Of a stretch of 64,000 nt of DNA, positions 28,129 to 37,593 are shown one piece after another. The stretch is from the IMG/VR virus record IMGVR_UViG_3300037067_021710. One strand, 5' to 3'. The position numbers and the translations under genes are program-made. The stretch comes from a virus (Duplodnaviria > Caudoviricetes). The notes below the pieces were generated by a model. The model did no database searches and had not been told where the DNA came from. It saw nothing but the letters and a program-made list of their open reading frames with translations. Every line of letters begins with the position of its first letter. The first letter of the stretch is position 1.

Positions 28129-30165
28129 TTACTCCTCATTTTTTATTTTTGTTCGCCGAGGTCTTTTCATTTGATCTTTTGATTCTGACCCATAACTAAA
28201 CTTATACTTTTTAACTTCAAATTTTTCTTCTGCTTCTTTTAATGTTTTTCTCTTGGCTGTAACTCCAGGCTTTTTTGAATCGTCACAAGCTAATTTAATA
28301 TCTATTTCTCTTAAAATTTTTGGATCAAAATATGGGTCTTGATTACATGAAGAATAATAATGCTTTCCAAGCAATACTCCTTCGCGAAGTTTTAATTGTT
28401 TATGATCATAGATATGATTTTGAATAGTTTCATTAAGCTTAGTTTTAGTCTCATGTTCAGCTTCAACACTTTCCCATAGTTCTCTCAAAATAAGTTTCTT
28501 AGCTTTTTTAGTTTCAGCATCTACTTTTGCATCTTCATCTTCTTCTTGCCCAGCTTCAGGGGGAGTGTCAGTATTTTTTTGTTTCTGGTCTAATATATCT
28601 TTCATCCATTTATAAATTGTCTTATCATCATAAGGCAAGAATTTTGTATAAATCGTTTTGATAACTTCTGGAGGAATAGCTGCAATTTCTCCGCCAGTTA
28701 ACTTGTCTGCTAATGATTGAATAACATCATTTGCTAATCCAAGTAAATCTTTTTGATTATTAATCATATCAGAATTAGTCATAGTTTCGGGGTATGGCAT
28801 ACTTAAAATAAAATCAAGGTCATCTAATGCAAATTCATTAGAATGAATCATATGAATTTTAACTAATTGTGAAACTTGTTGTAATACAAGTTGTTGTATT
28901 CTATATACTAATCTCGCTAATGGCTTCCATTCTTGAATTGCAGAAACTCCACTTGTACCAAAACCACTATCTTTAGGGTCTAATAAGAAACGCGGCAATA
29001 ATGTAGATAATATTAAATCATCACGCAATAAATCAATGTCATCTATTTTACCAAGATCAATATTTGAAACTTTTTGCTCAAATTCAAATAAGTCTTCGAT
29101 TGTAATAACAGTAGACCCAACACCGTTCTCTTCTTTATTAACAGCATTTATTCCTGAGTTTTGCCATTCATTCATAAACTCAAGAGCACGATTAAGCTTT
29201 TCAGTAGGATGTAAAGTATTAGGAAATTTTAACTTGTACATATCTATTGGCAGTCGAGCCCCACGAGCAGCTATTTGCATAGTCATCGCAGAGTCAAACT
29301 GCCGATAAGGAGCTATTGAATGAATAAATACTGGAACTCCAAAAGGTTTAAATGGAGATTCAGTAGTAAAATTTCTAAAATGTAAAAATCTCCAAGGTGG
29401 TATTGCATAATCTCCTACCACAAAGCCAAATAAATACTCTTTAAAATATGATACTATATTATCATTGTTTTGTATCATATCTACGAGTTGGTCAATTCGA
29501 AGAATTTTAGATTTATAAGCAGTAAAGAATTTGTCATTTCGTTCAACTAATTGCTTTACTCTATATGCGGAAAACTCTAGCCTATCTTTTAAATCAAAAA
29601 TACTTATAGGGATAATCCCATCAATTCCATTCTCTGCTAAAGCTAAAATCCAACCAGCATTCCCATATTTTATAATGTTTAATGCAGTAGGCCTTAAAAA
29701 ACTATATATATTTAATGTATCAAAAAGCTTTTGTATAAATTGTTTTTGTTTTGGCTTTGCTTCAATAGTAATAGGCTGCTCATGAGTATCCGCTTGAATA
29801 ACTTCGTCAGCAATAAGTTCCATTGCTTTAGCTATTAATGGTGAATTATAATATAATAAATCACAATCATACCAAAGATCATTGCGATTTTTCCACGATT
29901 GAGCATCATCATGAGAAGAAAATAACCACTTATCATAGTATTTTCTAACTTCAGGGGGAAAAACTTCCCTGACTCTGTGAGATTCTCCAGTTTGCTTATC
30001 TTTAACAAGGTCAGTAGGAAAAACTTTAGCTGATACTACATTTTGTTTTCCTTGTACTCCTATATTAAAGAAGCGAAGAAACTTTCGAGTAACAGACTTG
30101 TCTTCTTTATTAAAACCAAAGTCCTTATCAGCAGTTATATTTTTATTTGAAATTAAGTCAGCCAT
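28129..30165 (-). CDS. Portal protein (T4 gp20-like) with C-terminal extension
   Basis: IAKAMELIADEV, IIKYGN, WRFLHFR, PFGVP, LGKIDDID motifs. Confidence 0.85.
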   Translation of the reverse strand: MADLISNKNITADKDFGFNKEDKSVTRKFLRFFNIGVQGKQNVVSAKVFPTDLVKDKQTGESHRVREVFPPEVRKYYDKWLFSSHDDAQSWKNRNDLWYDCDLLYYNSPLIAKAMELIADEVIQADTHEQPITIEAKPKQKQFIQKLFDTLNIYSFLRPTALNIIKYGNAGWILALAENGIDGIIPISIFDLKDRLEFSAYRVKQLVERNDKFFTAYKSKILRIDQLVDMIQNNDNIVSYFKEYLFGFVVGDYAIPPWRFLHFRNFTTESPFKPFGVPVFIHSIAPYRQFDSAMTMQIAARGARLPIDMYKLKFPNTLHPTEKLNRALEFMNEWQNSGINAVNKEENGVGSTVITIEDLFEFEQKVSNIDLGKIDDIDLLRDDLILSTLLPRFLLDPKDSGFGTSGVSAIQEWKPLARLVYRIQQLVLQQVSQLVKIHMIHSNEFALDDLDFILSMPYPETMTNSDMINNQKDLLGLANDVIQSLADKLTGGEIAAIPPEVIKTIYTKFLPYDDKTIYKWMKDILDQKQKNTDTPPEAGQEEDEDAKVDAETKKAKKLILRELWESVEAEHETKTKLNETIQNHIYDHKQLKLREGVLLGKHYYSSCNQDPYFDPKILREIDIKLACDDSKKPGVTAKRKTLKEAEEKFEVKKYKFSYGSESKDQMKRPRRTKIKNEE

Positions 30166-30195
30166 TTAATACCTGTTTAGCCACATTTATATAAT

Positions 30196-30203
30196 TATTA
30201 GTA
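30196..30203 (-). promoter_or_regulatory. Late promoter-like box TACTAATA
   Basis: Upstream of the portal gene. Confidence 0.7.
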
Positions 30204-30213
30204 CTTTTTTAAA

Positions 30214-31410
30214 TTACTTAGAGACAAAATCTTTTATAGGATGTTTACTGTCTACTTGAATTCCTGATTTAGCTAAAGTCAATTTAGTAGATATTTTACC
30301 ATTTTCATTCACAAGAATATGATCCCGAACAATTAACCATTTGCCTGACCATTCAGTAGATACTTCTTTATTTGGTAAATTGCTGTATACTTTCAAATCG
30401 ATACAATATCCAGCTACAGCTTTTGGATTAAACTGTATAACCATCGGCATTCTATAAGATAATGCTGAGTTTTTATACATTGCATTTAATTTACCTTGCC
30501 GTATTTGTTTATCATCTGTTCCTATTAACCCAAGGTCAACTACATCTGTCACTTGTTGATAACTAGAGCGAATAAGTAGTTTCTCATTCTTAAGTTTTGT
30601 ATAATAGTCTTTTATGTCTTCATCAGAGGTTACATATGCTCCTGACTTATCAATTGAATAGGCTTTCTTCTTATAATTTTTATAGTTAACTGGTACTCCC
30701 CCTAATAATAAAGTAAATTTTTTCATTGCAAAAGGGTCTAATGAGGTTTCCTTATTAAATGTAAATTCATATGTGCCTATTGGCTGCTGATTAAAAAATT
30801 CAGTTACTGATTGAAAATAAAATTCTCCAATAGTATTAATAAAAGTAAAGAAAGGACTCTTTTGATTGTTTTGATCTACAGCTAAATTTGCTAATCGTAA
30901 TAAAAACTCTCGATTAGTTTCATTTAATTGCATAAAGTCATTTGACCCAATTGTAGGAGTTATATAAATTTTATCTGCAGATAACTTAAACTGTGAAGTA
31001 GCAATCTCTTGAACTATATCGCTAATCTTATAATTTTTCCACATTTTTGAAATAGGCTTATCATACATCCGTTCTCGTGAAAGAAACATAAAGGTGTTAT
31101 TTCCAGATAATGTAGCTTGAACATTAGTGTCTAATAATTGGTTCTCAGCCCAAACCATTGTAGTTTCTAAATAACCATCATCTTTACAACCTAGTTTAAA
31201 ATCAAAGGGAAGTCCTTCTACAAAATTAATTGAATCAGTTACAATTCCATAATTATCTACAAATATAACTTCACCATAAGCATAAAATTTAAACAGATCA
31301 CTTCTTAATTCAATTTTTGGAAAAAGTTTAAAGGTGCTATCATCAAAAGTTAAAATTTTTGGATTTGAAATAAAAGAAAATTCATATGGTGAGCCAAAAC
31401 TTGTAATCAA
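30214..31410 (-). CDS. Baseplate hub-like protein (gp27/GpD family)
   Basis: QLNETNREFLLRLA; C-terminal GKWLIV...TKLTLAK. Confidence 0.65.
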   Translation of the reverse strand: MITSFGSPYEFSFISNPKILTFDDSTFKLFPKIELRSDLFKFYAYGEVIFVDNYGIVTDSINFVEGLPFDFKLGCKDDGYLETTMVWAENQLLDTNVQATLSGNNTFMFLSRERMYDKPISKMWKNYKISDIVQEIATSQFKLSADKIYITPTIGSNDFMQLNETNREFLLRLANLAVDQNNQKSPFFTFINTIGEFYFQSVTEFFNQQPIGTYEFTFNKETSLDPFAMKKFTLLLGGVPVNYKNYKKKAYSIDKSGAYVTSDEDIKDYYTKLKNEKLLIRSSYQQVTDVVDLGLIGTDDKQIRQGKLNAMYKNSALSYRMPMVIQFNPKAVAGYCIDLKVYSNLPNKEVSTEWSGKWLIVRDHILVNENGKISTKLTLAKSGIQVDSKHPIKDFVSK

Positions 31411-31430
31411 ATTATTAAAGCCTCTTAAAA

Positions 31431-32684
31431 TTATTTTAATCTAAGACAAATCTCTCCGTCAATTCCTTCATCATCAATAATAAGTACAAGCTGTTCTTTC
31501 TTTGCAACTGACTTTATCTTATATAGACTAAATTCATTTGTGCCAATCACTGATCCTCCAACAAAACAAAATCCCCCATTGAACAATGGAATTTTAGCTG
31601 AAGTATGTAAATGCCCGCAAAGTACATGATTAAATTGAGTAGTCTCTTCTACTCCAATTTGTTGAAGTACTCCATAAAATTTAGCTGAACTCATACATAT
31701 AGAGTAAAATGGAATTCCAGCAAATCCTCCATTTCCTTCGCCAGTAAGAATATCCCCATGGGTTATAAGGAACTTTGTATTCTTAATTTTCTTTACTATG
31801 AAAGCAGACTCAGGGACATTAATAAAAATCTTTGTATTCTTCTTTTGCTCTCGTAATAAGTCATAATACATTTGAAGTTGACGTCCAAGAATATACTCAA
31901 AGTTCATTTGTACTTTTTCTTTAAAGTAGGGTTTTCCTTGCAAAATTCTAGGATGATTTCCTACTATGACGTCAATATAAATATTATCAAAATGTTTTGA
32001 TAACTCAGAAAGTTTAGATACAAAATATTTTTGAAAATAAAACAAAGACTCAACTTCATTCAAATCATTGTTACGAGCTAATTCTTGATGTATTCCTCCA
32101 CAAAGTATATCTCCATTCATTTCTATATGTAAGTCTTTAACGATAATCTTTTTAGCATATTTTATAAGTTGGCTAAAAAGTTGATTTAATCTGTCAATAG
32201 CAACTTCTTTATTATATTCATTAGTATAATTTACTTGCTCTGGAATAACTCGTTCACCTAAATGGATATCGGATAAATTTAAAACAAAGTCTTTATTACT
32301 CTTTGTATTTTTACGAATAGCATCAATAGGATATGTAAACTCATGAGGCAAATATTCTTTATATAATTTAAGAAGTTTTTCTTCTGAAATACTTCGTCTA
32401 ATCAGTTTATCTTTACTACTCTTAAGCTCTTGGTTTTCTTCTCGCAATAAACTAAGCTCCTTCTCAACTCTAAATTCATCAGAGTCAACATTAGCTTCTA
32501 ATTTAAAATCCCCAAAATCAGTAAAATATTTTTCAAAGTCTGAACTACGTTTACTTTTTTGTCTATACCATTTTCTTGTAATTGATGTTTTTGCTTTTGG
32601 GTTCTGTAATTGATATTGTTTTGAGAGAATCTGAAGTTCTTGAATTAATTCGCTTTTATCTGCTACTTTTGCTGATTTTGGCAT
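31431..32684 (-). CDS. Calcineurin-like metallophosphoesterase with N-terminal coiled coil
   Basis: SDIH, NGD, GNH, THGD, GHLH motifs. Confidence 0.85.
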   Translation of the reverse strand: MPKSAKVADKSELIQELQILSKQYQLQNPKAKTSITRKWYRQKSKRSSDFEKYFTDFGDFKLEANVDSDEFRVEKELSLLREENQELKSSKDKLIRRSISEEKLLKLYKEYLPHEFTYPIDAIRKNTKSNKDFVLNLSDIHLGERVIPEQVNYTNEYNKEVAIDRLNQLFSQLIKYAKKIIVKDLHIEMNGDILCGGIHQELARNNDLNEVESLFYFQKYFVSKLSELSKHFDNIYIDVIVGNHPRILQGKPYFKEKVQMNFEYILGRQLQMYYDLLREQKKNTKIFINVPESAFIVKKIKNTKFLITHGDILTGEGNGGFAGIPFYSICMSSAKFYGVLQQIGVEETTQFNHVLCGHLHTSAKIPLFNGGFCFVGGSVIGTNEFSLYKIKSVAKKEQLVLIIDDEGIDGEICLRLK

Positions 32685-32713
32685 AAAGATAAAACTCCTC
32701 TTACTGGCATTAG

Positions 32714-32733
32714 TTACTAATAATTATTAGTAA
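32714..32733. promoter_or_regulatory. Palindromic bidirectional late promoter-like site
   Basis: Perfect palindrome TTACTAATAATTATTAGTAA between divergent genes. Confidence 0.75.
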
Positions 32734-32803
32734 TTACGTATAATACATATATACAAAAGAGCCCAATAATTAGAAATTAAAAGTGCAATATTAGGAGTTT
32801 GAC

Positions 32804-33538
32804 TTGAAAAGGTACTCTGAGATAACTAAAAGTGAAGAAATCTATAAATTAGCAAAATTGGATGAAGAATGCTATTGTTTAATAACTCCTACTGGAAGAT
32901 TTCTTTATGAAGCAATAATAGATGTTGACCCTGAGGTAGAAACAATAATTCAAAAAGTTAAAGAAGTTAAAAATAAAATTTTCCAATGCACAAGTATAGA
33001 TAGTATTATTTCTATGCTTAATAAACTTTTAGCTTCACGAAAAATAAAATTTGGATTTACTAGAGGACTTTTAAACGAATATATAGCTTATGGCGGATTT
33101 ATTCCATCTACTCAAGAATTAACTTTTATTTTTACTTCAAAAATTCAAGACTTTATAGATAAAGATATTGACAAAAACGTAGAGTTTAAACAATTTTTAA
33201 ATTCTTTACAAAGACCATTAGGGCACGAACTAATACATAGAGAACAGTTTTTAAAGGTAGCTTATGAAGAAAAAAGAAAAGAAATATTTAAAAAAAGTTC
33301 ATCAATTAAAGATAAATATTATTCAAACAAGCATGAAATGATGAGTTATGCTTGGCAAATTATAAATGAATTTAGAATGAATGGAATAGAAGATTCAAGC
33401 ATAAAAAAGATTTTAGCTACTAAAAGTGAAGTTAAACTAGAAATAGGTGGTCCAATATTAAAAGACTACCATAAATATTTCCCTGGTCAAGAAGTTCTTA
33501 AAGGACTATACAAATATATGTATATGTACTTAGACTAA
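32804..33538 (+). CDS. Leader-bearing HExxH zincin-like protein, paralog 3
   Basis: MKRYSEI; LGHELIHREQ...HEMMSYA; LYKYMYMYL. Confidence 0.65.
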   Translation: MKRYSEITKSEEIYKLAKLDEECYCLITPTGRFLYEAIIDVDPEVETIIQKVKEVKNKIFQCTSIDSIISMLNKLLASRKIKFGFTRGLLNEYIAYGGFIPSTQELTFIFTSKIQDFIDKDIDKNVEFKQFLNSLQRPLGHELIHREQFLKVAYEEKRKEIFKKSSSIKDKYYSNKHEMMSYAWQIINEFRMNGIEDSSIKKILATKSEVKLEIGGPILKDYHKYFPGQEVLKGLYKYMYMYLD

Positions 33539-33543
33539 ATATT

Positions 33544-34020
33544 ATGAAACGATATATACCCTTAACAGAAGAAATGCTTGATGGAGTAGTTCGTCCTATT
33601 TTTGACTCAAAGAAAGCTATTCAAGTATATCGAATTGAATCTCTTGCTGAAGTTAAAAAATTAGGGCCAGAACCTAGAGGGGCTATCACAATTGGCCAAT
33701 TATATATGACAAAGACTAATTCTATGGTTCTTCATATGGATATTGTAGCTTTTTTAAGAAAATTTGAAGGCCTTAATCTACAAACTAACTTAAACCCAAA
33801 AGTCTCTATTCAATCTCTCAAAGATGTCCTATATATTCAAATGTATAAAGGTAAAGCTCTATTAGCAGAATCTTATGGAGCAGAAATAAGAATTATGTTA
33901 GAAGCATGGAATAATAAGAAGCAAATGACTAAGAAACAATTATATATGAAAAAATGTATTGAAAAACATTTAGAAGTTCTTAAGCAATTAAATATACCAT
34001 TCGAATTAAGAGCAATATGA
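33544..34020 (+). CDS. Putative capsid-targeted internal protein
   Basis: Leader MKRYIPLTE/E. Confidence 0.7.
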   Translation: MKRYIPLTEEMLDGVVRPIFDSKKAIQVYRIESLAEVKKLGPEPRGAITIGQLYMTKTNSMVLHMDIVAFLRKFEGLNLQTNLNPKVSIQSLKDVLYIQMYKGKALLAESYGAEIRIMLEAWNNKKQMTKKQLYMKKCIEKHLEVLKQLNIPFELRAI

Positions 34021-34334
34021 AGCGATATCAACAACTTAAAGAATCTTTTACTTCTGAATTATATAAAGAAATGTTAAAAGAAGTATTAAAATATCTCCCT
34101 AAAGAAGCTTTCAAAGGTATTTCTACATATAACTCAAAATTAGGTAGTCGAAATAACTTTGAAGTTACTATTCCAAAAAATAACATTTTTACTAAGGGCT
34201 TATATGTGCATGTAGGGTCTGCAGAAGACAAATATGAAGCAATGAGTAAAGCTCTTGAAAGTATAAGTAGAAGATTTGAAGAACCTGAAGAGTATGGTAC
34301 AATTGAAGATTTAATAAAGTCAGGAAGTATATGA
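34017..34334 (+). CDS. Putative capsid-targeted internal protein
   Basis: Leader MKRYQQLKE/S. Confidence 0.7.
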   Translation: MKRYQQLKESFTSELYKEMLKEVLKYLPKEAFKGISTYNSKLGSRNNFEVTIPKNNIFTKGLYVHVGSAEDKYEAMSKALESISRRFEEPEEYGTIEDLIKSGSI

Positions 34335-34612
34335 TGAAACTATTTAAAGAACGATTTGCTGCTTATGCCCAAATATATGTTTATGACCTTTATTATAAAG
34401 ATAGTCTGCTATGTACATTCTATACAAAAGATTCTCTTCTAATGTTTAAACGACAATTTGAAAAAACTCCATTGTACTATTATGGCACTATAGAAGATAC
34501 TCATATGTCAGATCATCTTAGAGCTAAAAAACGAACAGCTTTTATAGAAACAGAAATTGATTTTGCTAAATTGTCAAAAATGACTAATGGAACTATTGAA
34601 ACTATAAAATGA
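34331..34612 (+). CDS. Hypothetical protein with shortened leader (MMKLFKE)
   Basis: Inside the leader operon. Confidence 0.55.
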   Translation: MMKLFKERFAAYAQIYVYDLYYKDSLLCTFYTKDSLLMFKRQFEKTPLYYYGTIEDTHMSDHLRAKKRTAFIETEIDFAKLSKMTNGTIETIK

Positions 34613-35094
34613 AACGATACAAAGAAATAAAAAAACCTGCAGAAACGAATGCTCTTAATAAACTAGAAATAATAAAGTTCTATCAAAAACTATCAACTAA
34701 GTCTATGCGGAAATTTAAAGGAGACTTTGATCGAAAAGAATTCGGAAGTCTTGATAAAATGTATATTATGCCCAGCAATGAGTTTTATGATATTGCACAA
34801 AATAACCAAACATTAGCTTTTTTTAGAGTAAGAGATTTTAGTATATATGTTAATGCTGACACAGTAAAAAATCCAGACTTTTCTGCTATTATGTTACATG
34901 AATTAGCTCATACAAGAAACTATCGATTATCAATAGAGGAGCTAATAAAAGAAATTGATGAAATGAAAGTAATTCTTGAAGAAGATAACTTTTGGGGTGG
35001 AGATGCTTATAGTCAAAAAGATAGTAGGTATGAACTACAAGAAACTCATTCTAATGTGTATGTGCGATTTAAAATGATGGGGCATACTTTATGA
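34609..35094 (+). CDS. Leader-bearing HExxH metallopeptidase-like protein
   Basis: MKRYKEI; IYVN...MLHELAH...H. Confidence 0.6.
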   Translation: MKRYKEIKKPAETNALNKLEIIKFYQKLSTKSMRKFKGDFDRKEFGSLDKMYIMPSNEFYDIAQNNQTLAFFRVRDFSIYVNADTVKNPDFSAIMLHELAHTRNYRLSIEELIKEIDEMKVILEEDNFWGGDAYSQKDSRYELQETHSNVYVRFKMMGHTL

Positions 35095-35411
35095 AACGAT
35101 ATATTCCTTTAAAAGAAGATGTCCAAAAAGATAATCTTACTTTCTTTAAAAATAAAGAAGACGATAAGCTTATTAGACTTTATCCAGAAGATGGTCTTAC
35201 TGGCTTAGATAATACTCTACTTGCTACAGAGATTATAATAAAACTTTATAGTTCTTCTGAAAAAGAATTTAAAAAATTTACCTTTCCAATTCTTAAAGCA
35301 AAAATTTCTAATTATTGTATAAAATATAAGAAAAAAATTTACCCTGTATTATTTAATAAACGATATAAGTATTTATACATTGTTATTGAAAACGACTATG
35401 AAACGATATAA
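35091..35411 (+). CDS. Putative capsid-targeted internal protein
   Basis: Leader MKRYIPLKE/D. Confidence 0.7.
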   Translation: MKRYIPLKEDVQKDNLTFFKNKEDDKLIRLYPEDGLTGLDNTLLATEIIIKLYSSSEKEFKKFTFPILKAKISNYCIKYKKKIYPVLFNKRYKYLYIVIENDYETI

Positions 35412-35598
35412 ATCTCTACAAGAAGAGCAAGATGATATTAAAGTAGGTGACACCCTACTTACCGGCAAGTGGAAGAATAAGAAAGTAGTAGTGGCTGGTT
35501 TTGGAACTGATAAAAATAATCAGCCAACTGTTTTAACAGATAAAGGTGAAATTCCACTTTATAAATTCAGAATTCAGAAACTTATGGTAGAAAAATGA
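35398..35598 (+). CDS. Putative capsid-targeted SH3/KOW-like protein
   Basis: Better start 35398: MKRYKSLQE/E; IKVGDTLLTGKWKNKK. Confidence 0.7.
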   Translation: MKRYKSLQEEQDDIKVGDTLLTGKWKNKKVVVAGFGTDKNNQPTVLTDKGEIPLYKFRIQKLMVEK

Positions 35599-35954
35599 AA
35601 AGATATAAACCCTTAAACGAAAGTACTTATATACAGCCTAATAAAAAATTTAGGGGTTGGATAACTACAGAAGATAAGGTTATAGAAATTCCTAGAGGAG
35701 AAGAACATTGGGAATATATGAAGCCTTTTCGAAAGGAAAGAGATGCTCTTGATGCTGACTGGATTAGATTTTATACAATCAATGGAGATAATATTGCCCC
35801 TATAGGCTACTTAGAATTTGAAGTAAATGACTGGGATAACAAAACTTTTAGACGTGTTTACGACTTTTATATGAAACATTTAAAAGGAGATGAAAGACCA
35901 ATAACAGTAAGTTGGCATGCTAAAACTAAATATTATAAACCAAATTTTAAATAA
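35595..35954 (+). CDS. Putative capsid-targeted internal protein
   Basis: Leader MKRYKPLNE/S. Confidence 0.7.
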   Translation: MKRYKPLNESTYIQPNKKFRGWITTEDKVIEIPRGEEHWEYMKPFRKERDALDADWIRFYTINGDNIAPIGYLEFEVNDWDNKTFRRVYDFYMKHLKGDERPITVSWHAKTKYYKPNFK

Positions 35955-35965
35955 AGGAGCCCTAA

Positions 35966-36769
35966 ATGCCAGAACGACCACGATTAAAAAAAGGAGATAT
36001 TACATTACGAGAAATTTTAGACCTTTCATTAAAAGTATATAAAAATGATATAGATAATAAATTAATCCGTTCCAAACTAGATGTATCCTCTGCTAAAATA
36101 GTATATCGACGGAACATGTCATTTAACCAACAAACAAAACAATGGGAACAAACTGGTAGAGAAGCTAAAATTCAATTCCTTATTAAAACAATACCTGAGT
36201 CATATGTAGACAATAGTGGTATAAGAATCCATCAATACCCTGTTACTTTCCTTTTTAAATCGTTTGAACAAGGTCTTGATAGTCCTTTTCGTAGCCGGGT
36301 CGGTAGTCTTAAAAAACCTTTGTTTGGAAAAGCTAAAAAACACTTTATTAAAGATGCTAAGGATGAAAAAGAAGCAGATAAATTTCGGCAAGAAAATGCA
36401 AGGCTTACTGAAGAAAATAAAAAGTTGGGAAAACGAAATATTCTTAATGGAATACAACTTCAATTCTTTTATGATATGGAATTCGTATGGGAAATGTATG
36501 GGTTATTATGGGGCCCGAATTATGCTAAATGGGCTCCTAAGATTAAGAACCCAGAATTAATCCCTTATTTTTCAAAACATGAAATATTTATAATACTAAA
36601 AGTACTTGAACCTTTATTCCAAAAAATGCAAGGATTTATTAAAAATAGAGTCTTCCAAAATCTTGAGAAACCAGAAACAATTTTACGACAAGCTCAACAA
36701 TTGAAAGACTCTATGCAACAAGAAGGTCAACCAATTAATCTACCTGGGGCTGGTGATTTAGGATTCTAA
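35966..36769 (+). CDS. Hypothetical late protein, possibly degenerate SWIM-like family
   Basis: AAGGAG RBS; APKIKNPELIPYFSKH. Confidence 0.55.
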   Translation: MPERPRLKKGDITLREILDLSLKVYKNDIDNKLIRSKLDVSSAKIVYRRNMSFNQQTKQWEQTGREAKIQFLIKTIPESYVDNSGIRIHQYPVTFLFKSFEQGLDSPFRSRVGSLKKPLFGKAKKHFIKDAKDEKEADKFRQENARLTEENKKLGKRNILNGIQLQFFYDMEFVWEMYGLLWGPNYAKWAPKIKNPELIPYFSKHEIFIILKVLEPLFQKMQGFIKNRVFQNLEKPETILRQAQQLKDSMQQEGQPINLPGAGDLGF

Positions 36770-37268
36770 TTTCCTATAAAATATATAAAACTACTTATAT
36801 AATATAAAGCTAAACTGGCCAGACCCACAATTAAAAATAATAGTCCAATAGCTGTAAGTAATACAATTCCTTTCCACCACAAAATAGGGGCCCTTTTTAA
36901 TTTTTCCCATCCATAACTACTCTCAACGCAGTCATCATATAGATATTCCTTTAACATCCCTAACCCTATAGGCAAAAAGATCAGGGCTATCCAAAACCCT
37001 ATAACTCGTAAAATTCCATAATCCACAATAGTTCTCCTTAAGCTACTAATTTTGAAAATTGTTTTTTAAATGTTTGAAAATCAAGAAGTTCATACTTATC
37101 CCATACTACAAAAGCATGAGAATGAAATAGAATAGGAAGATTATTAGTCATTAAAACATTAGTTGGATATATAATTTCATCATACTTGTGATTAGTATTA
37201 AAAACACTATCAAGCAATTGTAAGTCTTTTCTGTATACATTTAAAATAATAAAGTCTTTTGTGTTCAT
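36766..37268 (-). CDS. Two small hypothetical genes (36766-37026 two-TM membrane protein; 37038-37268)
   Basis: ORF track, hydrophobic segments. Confidence 0.6.
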
Positions 37269-37591
37269 TGCTTCTCCTTTGAGATACTATATACTTTAAT
37301 ATTGAGTTTATCAATTACTTCTTGGCAGTTTTTACAAGGATGAATATTCATCAACTCACCACTTTTATTTATTCTGCAAATAAAAATACTTTTAAGTTGT
37401 TTGCCATACTTTTTTATTAAAGCTATCTCGGCATGGACCCCGCCTCCTTTATGTAAAAATCGAAGTCTATTAGACGTACATCCAACAATTCTTCCCCTTT
37501 TATCAAGGCCAACAGCAGACACTCTAAATCGGCATATAGATTGTTTTGCTTTAGATTGTGCCAAGGTTATTATAGATTGTAAAGGGGCCAT
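37265..37591 (-). CDS. Cytidine/deoxycytidylate deaminase-family protein
   Basis: HAE...PCKNC zinc motif. Confidence 0.8.
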   Translation of the reverse strand: MAPLQSIITLAQSKAKQSICRFRVSAVGLDKRGRIVGCTSNRLRFLHKGGGVHAEIALIKKYGKQLKSIFICRINKSGELMNIHPCKNCQEVIDKLNIKVYSISKEKQ

Positions 37592-37593
37592 AG

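Noticed and set aside
11191-35954. MKRY leaders as Sec or lipoprotein signal peptides
   Set aside because: No hydrophobic core or lipobox follows the basic residues.
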